A stretch of 64,000 nucleotides of DNA from Candidatus Latescibacterota bacterium (lineage in GTDB: Bacteria > Latescibacterota > UBA2968 > GCA-2709665), in NCBI GenBank assembly GCA_965203805.1, contig OZ241917.1, positions 5,489,643-5,553,642 on the forward strand, written 5' to 3'. This document shows, piece by piece, positions 36,484-45,678 of this stretch. The notes under the pieces were generated by a model. That model was not told where the DNA came from, made no database searches, and saw only the letters and a list, made by a program, of their open reading frames with translations. A program made the translations under genes and the position numbers. Within the stretch, counting starts at the first letter, position 1, and each line of letters opens with the position of its first letter.

Positions 36484-38958
36484 CTACCGACCGAAATGAT
36501 TGGCGAACAGGATAAAGTCGGCGAAGTCGACGGCGCCGTTGGCGTTCAGGTCGAAGCGGAGGTCGCTGCCGCCGAAGGCCCTAGCGAAGAGCACAAAATC
36601 GGCGAATCCGACCTCGCCGTCACCGTCGAAGTCGGGTGTGGCCTCTATGGTGGCGGTGAAATGCACGGCGTCGAGCCCCCGGACTTTCGCCGCAACCTTG
36701 ATTGGGCCGGGTTCGCCCCCTAAAATCAGCGTGGTTGCGGCCCGACCCGATGAATCGGTAGTAACATCCGACATGGCAAGCGTGCCGCTTCCCTCGGTGA
36801 CGGAGAAGGTGACGTGAGATCCTGCCAACGGTTCACCATACTGGTCTCTTACCTGGACGATCAGGGCGTCGGAAAGGCGCGCGCCAGGAATGTCCCTTTG
36901 TACGTCGCCCGCGACGACCGCCAATTCGCGAGGCCGAGGCTGCCATTCGACGGCATCCCACAGCTCAACTCCGTACGGCGATCCGGAGGCAAGGGTGTTT
37001 CCATCGGGAGAAAACACAACGACGTCGACTATTCCCCGGTGCGCGAGGGCGTCGACCTGCGTTCGAGTCCCTACGTGCCATAGCTTTACAACCTCACCCG
37101 AGGCGCAGGCGAGAATAACCCCATCGGGTGAGAACGCCATGGAACTGCCGCCTCGTATGTTCTCGATTGTGCCGACGTGGCGCAACGTCTTCACATCCCA
37201 AAGCTTGACGAGGCCGTCCCATCCCGCCTTGGTGGCAAGGGTGCCGCCATAAAGTGTCGAGGAGGCTACGGCGCCGACCCAACCATCATGTCCTTCCCAG
37301 TCGGCGATCCGTTTCCCGGTTGACGCGTCCCACAGATAAAGCGTGCCGTCAGTCGAGCCTGATGCCAGACGTGCGCCATCGGGCGAGAAGGACACGGACG
37401 TCACCCTTGAGTCATGTTCGAGTTCGGCGTAATCTGCTCCCGTTGCGATATTCCACAGCTTTACCGTTTTGTTCCCGGACAGCACCGCCAGTGTCCCGCC
37501 ACCAGGCGGCAGGAAGGCCACGTATCTGAAACGGTAGTCCCCCGGTTGTACATTAATGGTGGCGGTATTGGATCCCGTGGAAAGGTCCCACAGTTTGGCC
37601 GTACCGTTGTGCTCGGTGGCAAGCGTGGCGCCGTCCGGCGAGATCGCCACTGAGAAGGCCGTGGATTCACGCCCGAATCTCGCGATGATCTGTTGGTTCC
37701 GCAAGTCCCAGAACCTGACCGGGGAATTCAAGGCCCCCGAGACCAGTGCCGGCCGGGACGGAGAGAACGCCAGGGAGGTGACTCCGGGTTCGTCCAGGGT
37801 GGCGACGTGGCGTTCCGAAAGCTGATACATTGGAATATACAGGCGACCTATCCTCCCGGACGTGTCGACGGCCCATACGTGCATCCGATGCACGATGGGG
37901 TCGGCGAGACTCGAGCGGTTATCGGAGGGGATGACGCCGTCGTAGTCGAATTCTACGAACGCGGTGCGTTCGCCCGAAAAGGATCGACACGCCTTTACCT
38001 CCCGGTGACCCGCGGCGAAATGCGGAAGTCCAGACGTTGCGAAAAGGAATACCTGATGAAGTCCTCTTGCGTCTTCGATTCTGACCTGGATAGGAATGCT
38101 CTTTGAATCGGCAGCATAGCCAAGTGGTGATAATAGTTCGAAGGACGATAAAGATGATCCTTTGGCTTCCGGGATGCTGTCGTCTAAAAAAGGGTGGACG
38201 GACAGAAACTCAGCTGCGCACGCGGATAGCCTCCGCCGGTTGCCCCCGCCGTAGGACATGATGAACTCGTCGTCTCTGAAGTCGTGCTCCAGTCCGAAGG
38301 TGTGGCCGAGTTCGTGGGCAATCGTTGTCCATGAAAAAGAACCCGGTACCAAGACCCATCCACCTTCTGCGGTCCGCGAGGCTACAGCGCCCGCCGGCCC
38401 GCCAAGGGTCGGTATTGTCTGGGCGCTCAAATCAATGACATTGATCTCAATTCGCGCTCTTCCTGCAGACCGCCAGATTTCTCCTACTGCGCCGCCTCCA
38501 TTCAGATAGTGCACATCCGCGTGTTCCCCGACCACATCGCGAACCAGCGGTTCACCCTGGCGATCGGTTTCAAATCGAAACGTCCGATTCCCGTAGCCGT
38601 GCCTTTGCATCTCTGCCGCGAAAAATCCCTGAATCTGCTGGATCGTTTTCTTCATTGAGTCTACGACTTCGGCGCGAAAGGGACGGTCATTGGGCCGGAA
38701 ATAGACCATTCGCACCGTCCGAGGGGCGTCCGCATTCAGAAAGACCGGCTTTGCGGCGGCGCCAGCGATGAGGTTCGGATCTTCCCGGGACTCGACTAAC
38801 CGACAAAATGCCACGTCCTCCGCACCTGCAGGATTCGTAGTGGCGTATCCGGGCGGAATCGAAGCCAGGAAAATGCCGGCAAGTGTAAGACAGCAGGCGG
38901 TCCGAAGCAACGCCCGATGGTTGATCGCCTGTCTCACAGTCGCAAACACCGTTTGCAA
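36484..38958 (-). CDS. Secreted multidomain protein: metzincin-like protease, WD40 repeats, Ig-like domain and dockerin-like repeats
   Basis: 824 aa. N-terminal hydrophobic signal or anchor, IAHELGHTFGLEHD (HExxHxxGxxH), at least six WD-type repeats (GTAKLWDL, KTVKLWNI, GTLYLWDA, GLVKLWDV, EVVKLWHV, GVELWDA), a Big-like segment, and C-terminal DFDGDGEVGFADFVLFARAFG...DLNANGAVDFADFILFANHFG. Confidence 0.7.
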   Translation of the reverse strand: MQTVFATVRQAINHRALLRTACCLTLAGIFLASIPPGYATTNPAGAEDVAFCRLVESREDPNLIAGAAAKPVFLNADAPRTVRMVYFRPNDRPFRAEVVDSMKKTIQQIQGFFAAEMQRHGYGNRTFRFETDRQGEPLVRDVVGEHADVHYLNGGGAVGEIWRSAGRARIEINVIDLSAQTIPTLGGPAGAVASRTAEGGWVLVPGSFSWTTIAHELGHTFGLEHDFRDDEFIMSYGGGNRRRLSACAAEFLSVHPFLDDSIPEAKGSSLSSFELLSPLGYAADSKSIPIQVRIEDARGLHQVFLFATSGLPHFAAGHREVKACRSFSGERTAFVEFDYDGVIPSDNRSSLADPIVHRMHVWAVDTSGRIGRLYIPMYQLSERHVATLDEPGVTSLAFSPSRPALVSGALNSPVRFWDLRNQQIIARFGRESTAFSVAISPDGATLATEHNGTAKLWDLSTGSNTATINVQPGDYRFRYVAFLPPGGGTLAVLSGNKTVKLWNIATGADYAELEHDSRVTSVSFSPDGARLASGSTDGTLYLWDASTGKRIADWEGHDGWVGAVASSTLYGGTLATKAGWDGLVKLWDVKTLRHVGTIENIRGGSSMAFSPDGVILACASGEVVKLWHVGTRTQVDALAHRGIVDVVVFSPDGNTLASGSPYGVELWDAVEWQPRPRELAVVAGDVQRDIPGARLSDALIVQVRDQYGEPLAGSHVTFSVTEGSGTLAMSDVTTDSSGRAATTLILGGEPGPIKVAAKVRGLDAVHFTATIEATPDFDGDGEVGFADFVLFARAFGGSDLRFDLNANGAVDFADFILFANHFGR

Positions 38959-39176
38959 AGTGCTTACCCTCGTTGCCTTGTGGCTGGCGCGCGATCGGGC
39001 CCGGCCACAAGACGGATAAGATCGTGCAATGAAACGTGGGGATGTCCCTCAAGGCAGGATTGCCGCACCAAAGCGTCGAGCGCGAATCGCCCTTCAAATA
39101 TCACTTCAGGGCAAATTGACCGCGGCCGAGTATGACCAGGTCTGGCGTTTCCAGTTCTGCCGAGTTTCCCGATAGA

Positions 39177-41117
39177 CTACCCCGCGACCTCTCTGGCGAT
39201 GGCGACGCATTTGGCGGCGAAGGTGTCGTAGGCGGCCTGGAACTCGGCACTGGTTTTCTGCACGGAACCGAATTCCGGCCAGTCTCCGGGTTCCAGGCCC
39301 CGGGTCTGCCAGCCGGCAACGTCGATGCCGACGACGTTCTGCAGGAAGTCCTTGAGGGACGGCGTGAGGTCGTACCCGCGGCAGAAATCGGGAAGTTCGC
39401 GCAGGCGCAGGTCCACGCCGGGCTCGTAGGAATCCAGCACCGCGTCACGGAAGTCCTCGAGGATGAAGCCGTCGGCTTCGGAGGCCATCTGAACGGCGCG
39501 CGCGTGGTTCGGAAATTCGGTGTTGCACATGTTGGACGCGCCCAGCGTGTGGAAGGAGTCTTCGGGAATGCGTTTGGAAGCGGGAAGGACGTCCATGGAA
39601 TCCACGATCCACGTTGCCTGGTCGTCCGTGACGCCGAAGGTCCCGCGTAGATGGGCGACCCACTTCGGCCGGTTCTCCGGGCTGAAGAAGACCCAGTAGA
39701 CGCGGCGCGCCACCAGGGTGCCCGCTTTCTTCAGATCTTCTTCCAGCAGCAGGATCGCGTCCGCGGACTGGCCGGCGGCTTCGGCGGCCTCCAGGACGAC
39801 GGGGTGATCGAGTGATTTGAGATTTGCGTAAGCGCAGACGGCCCCGGCCCTGTCTGACAAAGACCCGTTCGACGCATCTCCGACTCCCAGGTCGTCCGCG
39901 AGGGCGCTAAGGAGTTCGCTCGCCCTGCCTTCGCCCGCCTTTGCCGCGGCGTTCAGGAAGATCTTCTCGGCTTCGACCTCCCGAAGGTGACTTACGAACC
40001 GGCCGCCCATGTTGGTTTCGTAGGTGCGCACGACCTGTTCACCCGCCTTTGCGGCCCGAGCCTTGCCCTCGAACGCATCCAGGATCAACTGGACTTCCTG
40101 GGCCACGGTGTAGACCACGGTATTGTTGGAACCGATGGCATTGCCGTTGAGCGTCGTCGTTATCTTTCGGGCGGCCTCGTGGCTGGCGGCGACTTTGAAG
40201 ACGATGTTCGGGTTCACCCGGCCGGAGCGCTCGCCCAGGCCCAGCAGGCGGTCGTATCCTTCGAGGAAGTCGGCGGCCAGCCCGTACGCGTTTCCCGCAT
40301 CCTCGATACTCGCGTCGGCCCGATCGGCGATGTTGGGATTGAGCTGGAAGCTGACCATATAGTCCTTGAGGTCCGTATGCACCGCGAGCGGCCGGAAGAT
40401 GGACAGGTTGGGCCAGAGGGCGATGAGGGTGGCCGCCATGGCGATTTCATCTGCATGGCGCTCGGGATTCTCCATCCAGTTGTCGTGTTTCTCCACTTCG
40501 TCCTTGAGTTGATCGGCAAGCGAACCGTCTTCGTCGAATGCCTTGGCCGCCAATACAGGGTTGGTGGAGACCTGGCAAAACCCGTAGTGGCGGAGGTATT
40601 CCAGGCCTCGCGCGAAATCATTGCCGAATTTGCAAAAGTCGTCGCCGATCATTTCCCAGTAGACGCCGCTGCGCATCTGCCGTTTGAGCAGCGTCAGAAA
40701 TGAGCCGCCCGGGGTTGCCGGTTTCAGGTCCGCTTCAATGCGTTCCGCGAGGAGGCCGGAGAGGCTGTCGCTCCCGTTGACGGACTTCATGTCGGCCAGG
40801 AATTCAGCAACGACGTCCGCCATGACGGCCCCTTCGAGATCGTCGACGGCGGATAGAACCTGCTCGAGCGCCCCGTCGGCCTCGTCCGCCCCGTACCCCA
40901 CGATCTCGGCGTCGCGCCCCACGAAGTTCATGCCGAGCCGGATCAGGGTTCGGCACACGCCGTCGGCCGGGCAATCGTTGTTCTGAATCGCCGACAGGAG
41001 TTCGTCCACGCGGGTGTTCAGCGTGCCGGGCTGCGGATCGATGAGAATCCGGTCGGCGGCGGCGAGTGTATGCCCATTCTCGATGGCTTCCGCCACAGCT
41101 GAAGCGTCGATTGCCAT
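39177..41117 (-). CDS. Transaldolase-superfamily protein (unusually long form)
   Basis: 646 aa. FCQVSTNPVLAAKAF resembles the TNP(S/V) motif, and NIVFKVAASHEA could hold the Schiff-base Lys. There are long N- and C-terminal extensions. GAAGGGAGG RBS. Confidence 0.45.
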   Translation of the reverse strand: MAIDASAVAEAIENGHTLAAADRILIDPQPGTLNTRVDELLSAIQNNDCPADGVCRTLIRLGMNFVGRDAEIVGYGADEADGALEQVLSAVDDLEGAVMADVVAEFLADMKSVNGSDSLSGLLAERIEADLKPATPGGSFLTLLKRQMRSGVYWEMIGDDFCKFGNDFARGLEYLRHYGFCQVSTNPVLAAKAFDEDGSLADQLKDEVEKHDNWMENPERHADEIAMAATLIALWPNLSIFRPLAVHTDLKDYMVSFQLNPNIADRADASIEDAGNAYGLAADFLEGYDRLLGLGERSGRVNPNIVFKVAASHEAARKITTTLNGNAIGSNNTVVYTVAQEVQLILDAFEGKARAAKAGEQVVRTYETNMGGRFVSHLREVEAEKIFLNAAAKAGEGRASELLSALADDLGVGDASNGSLSDRAGAVCAYANLKSLDHPVVLEAAEAAGQSADAILLLEEDLKKAGTLVARRVYWVFFSPENRPKWVAHLRGTFGVTDDQATWIVDSMDVLPASKRIPEDSFHTLGASNMCNTEFPNHARAVQMASEADGFILEDFRDAVLDSYEPGVDLRLRELPDFCRGYDLTPSLKDFLQNVVGIDVAGWQTRGLEPGDWPEFGSVQKTSAEFQAAYDTFAAKCVAIAREVAG

Positions 41118-41241
41118 TCCGGGCCTCCCTTCACATTACATAAGGTGCTCGATTGTTCCCGCTGCGTTTCATGTCTGTCGTCTTGCGCATCGGCGTTAAC
41201 GCCGGCGAGCCGTCCGGTACCCGCCTGCCTCGCGAGATTCC

Positions 41242-42048
41242 TTACTCGATGCCCAGCACGTCCCGCATGGTGAACATTCCCGGGGGCGCGTTCACGACAA
41301 ACCGGATGGCCTCGAGGACACCCACGCCGTAGGAATCCCGGCTCTGCGCGCGGTGAACCAGCTGGAAGATTTCGCCCGTGCCGCCGAAGATGACGGTATG
41401 CTCCCCGGCCAGGTCCCCGGCGCGGATGGCGTGGATGCCGATTTCATCCCCCGTGCGGGCGCCCACTTCTCCGTGGCGTCCGAAAAGGGCCACGTCCTCC
41501 AGGTTTCGACCCAGGCCAGTTGCCGCTGCCTTCGCCAGCGCGAGGGCGGTTCCGCTGGGCGCGTCGGTCTTGAAATGGTGATGCGCCTCGACGATTTCCA
41601 CGTCGTACCCCCGGCCCATCATGCGCGCGGCGTCTTCGACGAGTTTCGTGAGTACGGTCACGCCGATGCTGAAGCTTGGCGCAAAGACGCAGGCGACGTC
41701 CCCAAGTGCCATTTCGAATTCGGCAAGTTGCTCTGGCGACATGCCCGTGGTGCCCACCACCATGGGCCTGCCCGCTTTCCCGGCGATCCTTGCGGCGTCC
41801 AGCGTGCCGTCAGGGGGCGCGGTAAAGGCGACGACCACGTCGGCATTTTCGACAACGGATTCCGGGCTGTCGACAACGTGGTGACCGGTGCGCGCGGTTC
41901 CCAGGATCTCGCCGATATCTCGTCCGATGGCCGGGTTGCCGGGTGCCTCCACCCCGCCGACGACTTCGAGGTCGACGGACTCCATGGCAAGATGGGCGAT
42001 GCGCCCGCACATGCGTCCCGCGATGCCGCAGATAACCAGGTTTGTCAT
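41242..42048 (-). CDS. dapB: 4-hydroxy-tetrahydrodipicolinate reductase
   Basis: 268 aa. ICGIAGRMG-like Rossmann motif and the EIVEAHHHFKTDAPSGTAL signature. Confidence 0.9.
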   Translation of the reverse strand: MTNLVICGIAGRMCGRIAHLAMESVDLEVVGGVEAPGNPAIGRDIGEILGTARTGHHVVDSPESVVENADVVVAFTAPPDGTLDAARIAGKAGRPMVVGTTGMSPEQLAEFEMALGDVACVFAPSFSIGVTVLTKLVEDAARMMGRGYDVEIVEAHHHFKTDAPSGTALALAKAAATGLGRNLEDVALFGRHGEVGARTGDEIGIHAIRAGDLAGEHTVIFGGTGEIFQLVHRAQSRDSYGVGVLEAIRFVVNAPPGMFTMRDVLGIE

Positions 42049-42086
42049 TTGGGTTCTCCGGGTGGTTTGCCTGCGCTCCCGGTTCT

Positions 42087-43880
42087 CTATGTTCTCAGTC
42101 GTTCCTCGAGAGCATCGAGTTCCGTCTGAAGTTCCGACGGCAGTCGATTGCCGAATCCCGCGTAAAACTCGCGGATATCCGGCAGTTCGGCGCGCCAGTC
42201 GTCCGGGTTCACGGAAAGCAGTTCCTCGACGTCGGCATCAGGGATGTCCAAGCCGTCCAGATCCAGGGCTTCGGGCGTGGGCACGAAGCCGATCGGGGTC
42301 TCGACCGCGTCGGCGGTTCCGTCTATCCGCTCGCAGATCCACTTGAGTACCCGACTGTTCTCGCCGAATCCGGGCCAGAGCCAGCCGCCACCGGTGTCTT
42401 TGCGGAACCAGTTCACGTAGAAGATCCTGGGCGCGTTGTCGCCCAGCCTGGCGCCGATTTTGAACCAGTGGCTGAAATAGTCGCCCATATTATAGCCGCA
42501 GAATGGAAGCATTGCAAAGGGGTCTCTCCGCAGCTTGCCCACCGCCCCGGCAGCGGCGGCCGTGGTTTCGGACGCCATGATGGAGCCCAGGAAGACGCCG
42601 TGCCTCCAGTTCAATGCCTCGAATACGAGAGGGACGACCGTGGAGCGCCTGCCGCCGAAGATAAAGGCGGACATGGGGACCCCATCCGGATTCTCCCATT
42701 CCGGGTCGATAACGGGGCACTGCGCGGCGGGGGCGGTGTATCTCGCATTGGGATTCGATGCCTTGTCGTCCGACGCCGGGGTCCAGGCGCGCCCGAGCCA
42801 GTCTTCCAGTTGGGGCGGCGGGTCGTCCGTCATCTCTTCCCACCAGACGTCGCCTTCCGGGGTGAGCGCCGTGTTGGTGAAGAGGCTGTTCTTTTCAAGG
42901 GCGGCCATGGCGTGCCCGTTGGACTTCATGCTGGTACCCGGAGCGACACCGAAGAATCCGGCTTCGGGGTTGATCGCCCGCAGCCTGCCGTCGGGGTCCT
43001 GGCGCATCCACGCGATGTCGTCGCCGACGCAACTGGCCTTCCAGCCCGGGACCGTGGGCTGCAGCATGGCCAGGTTCGTTTTTCCGCACGCGGACGGAAA
43101 GGCGGCCCCGATGTAATGTTTCCTGTTCGCGGGCGACGTGAGACCCAGGATGAGCATGTGCTCGGCCATCCAGCCCTCGTCCCGCGCCATGGTCGAAGCG
43201 ATCCGGAGAGCGAAACATTTCTTGCCGAGCAGCGCATTGCCGCCGTAGCCCGAGCCGTAGGACCAGATGGACGGCTCGTCGGGGAAGTGGACGATGTATT
43301 TCTGATTGGCGTCGCAGGGCCACGACACATCGGCCTGACCGGGCTCGAGGGGGGCGCCCACGGAATGCATGCAGGGAAGAAAGTCGCCGTCGGCGAGCGC
43401 ATGCAGCACTGCGTCGCCCGTCCGGGTCATGATGAACATGCTGCAAACGACGTACGGCGAGTCAGAGATTTCGACGCCGATCTTGGACGTGGCCGAACCG
43501 ATCGGCCCCATGGAGAACGGGATGACGTACATCGTCCGTCCGCGCATGGAACCGGCGAACAGTCCCTTCAACGTGCGTTTCATCCCAACGGGTTCGCGCC
43601 AGTTGTTGGTGGGGCCCACGTCTTCTTCGATCGGAGTACAGATATACGTGCGGTCTTCCACCCGCGCGACGTCGCCGGCGTCCGAACGGGCGAGAAAGCT
43701 GTTGGGCCGCCGGTCCGGATTCAGCCGGATAAAGGTTCCCGCACGGCACAGCACGTCGGCAAGCCGATCGTACTCTTCCCGGGATCCGTTGCACCAGTAA
43801 ACGTCATCAGGTTGGCAGAGTTTCGCGGCTTCGTCGACCCAGTTCAGCAGTTTACGGTTCGTGGTACGTGCGTTTCTCAT
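42087..43880 (-). CDS. pckG: Phosphoenolpyruvate carboxykinase (GTP)
   Basis: 597 aa. Typical GTP-PEPCK N-terminus ([23 protein letters not shown]), kinase-1a [10 protein letters not shown], and [16 protein letters not shown]. Confidence 0.9.
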   Translation of the reverse strand: MRNARTTNRKLLNWVDEAAKLCQPDDVYWCNGSREEYDRLADVLCRAGTFIRLNPDRRPNSFLARSDAGDVARVEDRTYICTPIEEDVGPTNNWREPVGMKRTLKGLFAGSMRGRTMYVIPFSMGPIGSATSKIGVEISDSPYVVCSMFIMTRTGDAVLHALADGDFLPCMHSVGAPLEPGQADVSWPCDANQKYIVHFPDEPSIWSYGSGYGGNALLGKKCFALRIASTMARDEGWMAEHMLILGLTSPANRKHYIGAAFPSACGKTNLAMLQPTVPGWKASCVGDDIAWMRQDPDGRLRAINPEAGFFGVAPGTSMKSNGHAMAALEKNSLFTNTALTPEGDVWWEEMTDDPPPQLEDWLGRAWTPASDDKASNPNARYTAPAAQCPVIDPEWENPDGVPMSAFIFGGRRSTVVPLVFEALNWRHGVFLGSIMASETTAAAAGAVGKLRRDPFAMLPFCGYNMGDYFSHWFKIGARLGDNAPRIFYVNWFRKDTGGGWLWPGFGENSRVLKWICERIDGTADAVETPIGFVPTPEALDLDGLDIPDADVEELLSVNPDDWRAELPDIREFYAGFGNRLPSELQTELDALEERLRT

Positions 43881-43904
43881 TCTACTCCTTCCAGGCTTTG
43901 CGTT

Positions 43905-44942
43905 TTAGTCTGCGTACGCCAGGTCTTCGAGAACAGAGGCGTCCGAGACGCGGTTTGAAATGTCCACATTGAAGAATTGTTCGATGGGCGCAAAGAGTTC
44001 AGGGTTATTGTCCTGCACGGTTCGCGCGATTTCAAGCACCTGGTTCAGACCGCCCCGGTTCATCCGGCCAAGCGGCCGCCGGCACGGTCCGGCCGGCATG
44101 CCGAGGATATTCATCAACGTCTTTATGGGCACGGGGTTGCGGGCTTTGACCTGCGTCGTTCCGAAGGCCGTCTCTTCGTCCGAAAGGACGGTGACCATTC
44201 CGAAGAGGGGTTTGAGCGCGTCCGCAAGGCGGTCCGCTTCATCCATATCGCCTTTGAGGATCGCCTGCGTGAAACGCTGAATGGGACCGGGGACCACGTT
44301 GGACATCACGGAAATGACTCCGGCTGCGCGGATTCGGGCGTCGGTCATCATGGCGTAGGTGATGTCGTCGTCCCCTGAGAGAATGTAGAAGTCGTCCCCG
44401 CAGACTTCACGCGTCCGGGCCATATTTTTCAGGTCGCCCGTGGCTTCTTTGACGGCGTTCACGTTGTCGCAGCCGCGGTGCAGAATGGCCAGGTCTTCCG
44501 GGAGCAGTTTCGTTCCCGAGCGTCCCGGAATGACGTAGGAGACCATCTGAATCTCGGGAAAGGCTTCCGCGACGGGCGCGACGTATTCCCGGCGGATTTC
44601 AAGCGAACTGGGACCGTTGTAATAGGGATCCACCAGCAGGGCGGTATCGGCGCCGGCGTGCGCGGCGTGCTCCGTGGCGCGCAGCGTTTCCTCCGTGGAA
44701 TTCCCTCCGGTGCCGGCAATGGCGCGGCACTTCCCCCGGGCCAGCGCGCAGACCCGATCCGTGACGCTGTTGTGTTCTCCACTGTTGAGGGTTGGACTTT
44801 CGCCGGTGGTACCCACCGCCAGAACGCCGCTGACACCCTGTGATATCTGGAAATCGACCAGCTTTTCCAACCCCGGTTCGTCCACGCCTTTGTCGGCGTC
44901 CAGGGGAGTGATGAGGGCCGTATAACACCCGCTGAATAACAT
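43905..44942 (-). CDS. dapA: 4-hydroxy-tetrahydrodipicolinate synthase family protein (DapA-like, with C-terminal extension)
   Basis: 345 aa. ALITPLDADKGVDEPGLEKLVDFQI..GVSGVLAVGTTGESPTL. GGAGGT RBS. Sits directly downstream of the lysine riboswitch. Confidence 0.8.
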   Translation of the reverse strand: MLFSGCYTALITPLDADKGVDEPGLEKLVDFQISQGVSGVLAVGTTGESPTLNSGEHNSVTDRVCALARGKCRAIAGTGGNSTEETLRATEHAAHAGADTALLVDPYYNGPSSLEIRREYVAPVAEAFPEIQMVSYVIPGRSGTKLLPEDLAILHRGCDNVNAVKEATGDLKNMARTREVCGDDFYILSGDDDITYAMMTDARIRAAGVISVMSNVVPGPIQRFTQAILKGDMDEADRLADALKPLFGMVTVLSDEETAFGTTQVKARNPVPIKTLMNILGMPAGPCRRPLGRMNRGGLNQVLEIARTVQDNNPELFAPIEQFFNVDISNRVSDASVLEDLAYAD

Positions 44943-44990
44943 GGGGTCACCTCCAGGTGGAATTGGGGGAAACCGGAAACCCCATCAGGG

Positions 44991-45232
44991 CAAAAAAAAC
45001 AGCCGGTTCCCGAAGAGGATGGAGGCAAGGCCGGCCGTGCAAGTTCCAGCATGGATGGCGCAAGAGAGCGCTCCACGGAGGTTTCCGTGACAGTCCAGCG
45101 GATCTTATCCGAGTGGACCAGCCCCGTTCTGCGGCGGAGCAGATTCGGGACTTCGGCAGGCTTCCCCTTTCACCGATGCGATGGTTACGCCTCGTTATCA
45201 CCGGGTACTTTTGAAAACCTGCGCCTCTACCC
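44991..45232 (-). promoter_or_regulatory. Lysine riboswitch (L-box) with intrinsic-terminator expression platform
   Basis: The minus-strand RNA reads GGTAGAGGCGCAGGTTTTCAAAAGTACC...GGTGAAAGGGGAAGCCTGCCGAAGTC...GGGGCTGG...GGACTGTCACGGAAACCTCCGTGGAGCGCTCTCT. The L-box blocks AGAGGCGC, TTCAA.AGTA, GAAAGGGG, GCCGAAG, ACTGTCA and GGAGCGCT appear in the right order. A CGGCCGG...CCGGCTG hairpin plus T8 follows, then the dapA RBS. Confidence 0.85.
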
Positions 45233-45454
45233 TTGCCTGTCGGAAGACAAATTAGCCAATGGTCAGGCCTGTGTCAAGTGGAAAGATGGAACGCGGAACC
45301 CCACGTCGGGTGATCGAGGGGGACCGGGACGCCCGTCAAGTCGCGAAATGTGCGATCTGTCGACCTGTTTTCACTTTTCTTTGTCCACTCCGTAGCCTAT
45401 ATTCCGTCTTTCGGTTTCCGGCGGTCTGTCGGCCATGAACGGGCTGCCCGCCGG

Positions 45455-45655
45455 CTAACAGCCCGTTGATAAAGTCCATCCGGTCTGCGTCCGGCCCTTG
45501 TGACCGAAATACGGCGTTGCCTGCCTGCGCCAAGCGAAGCGCGGCAGGCAGGCGCTCCCTCCCCGAATCCAGGGATTCGCGTCGGTCACGCGCCTTGTCT
45601 TCGGCCACAATGACTCGGCCTCGCCTGCAGAGCGACTTTTTCAACGGACTGCTAT
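45455..45655 (+). repeat. Foldback/MITE-like repeat family B, copy 1
   Basis: CTAACAGCCCGTTGATAAAGTC...GACTTTTTCAACGGACTGCTAT gives roughly 22-bp terminal inverted repeats. The interior is also self-complementary (TTGTGRCCGAA / TTCGGCCACAA; CGAATCCAGGGATTCG at the centre). It is collinear with 52273..52440 but carries an extra hairpin of about 33 nt (CCTGCCTGCGC...GCGCGGCAGGCAGG). Confidence 0.75.
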
Positions 45656-45678
45656 GGCTATCCCACGGAAGGATGATT

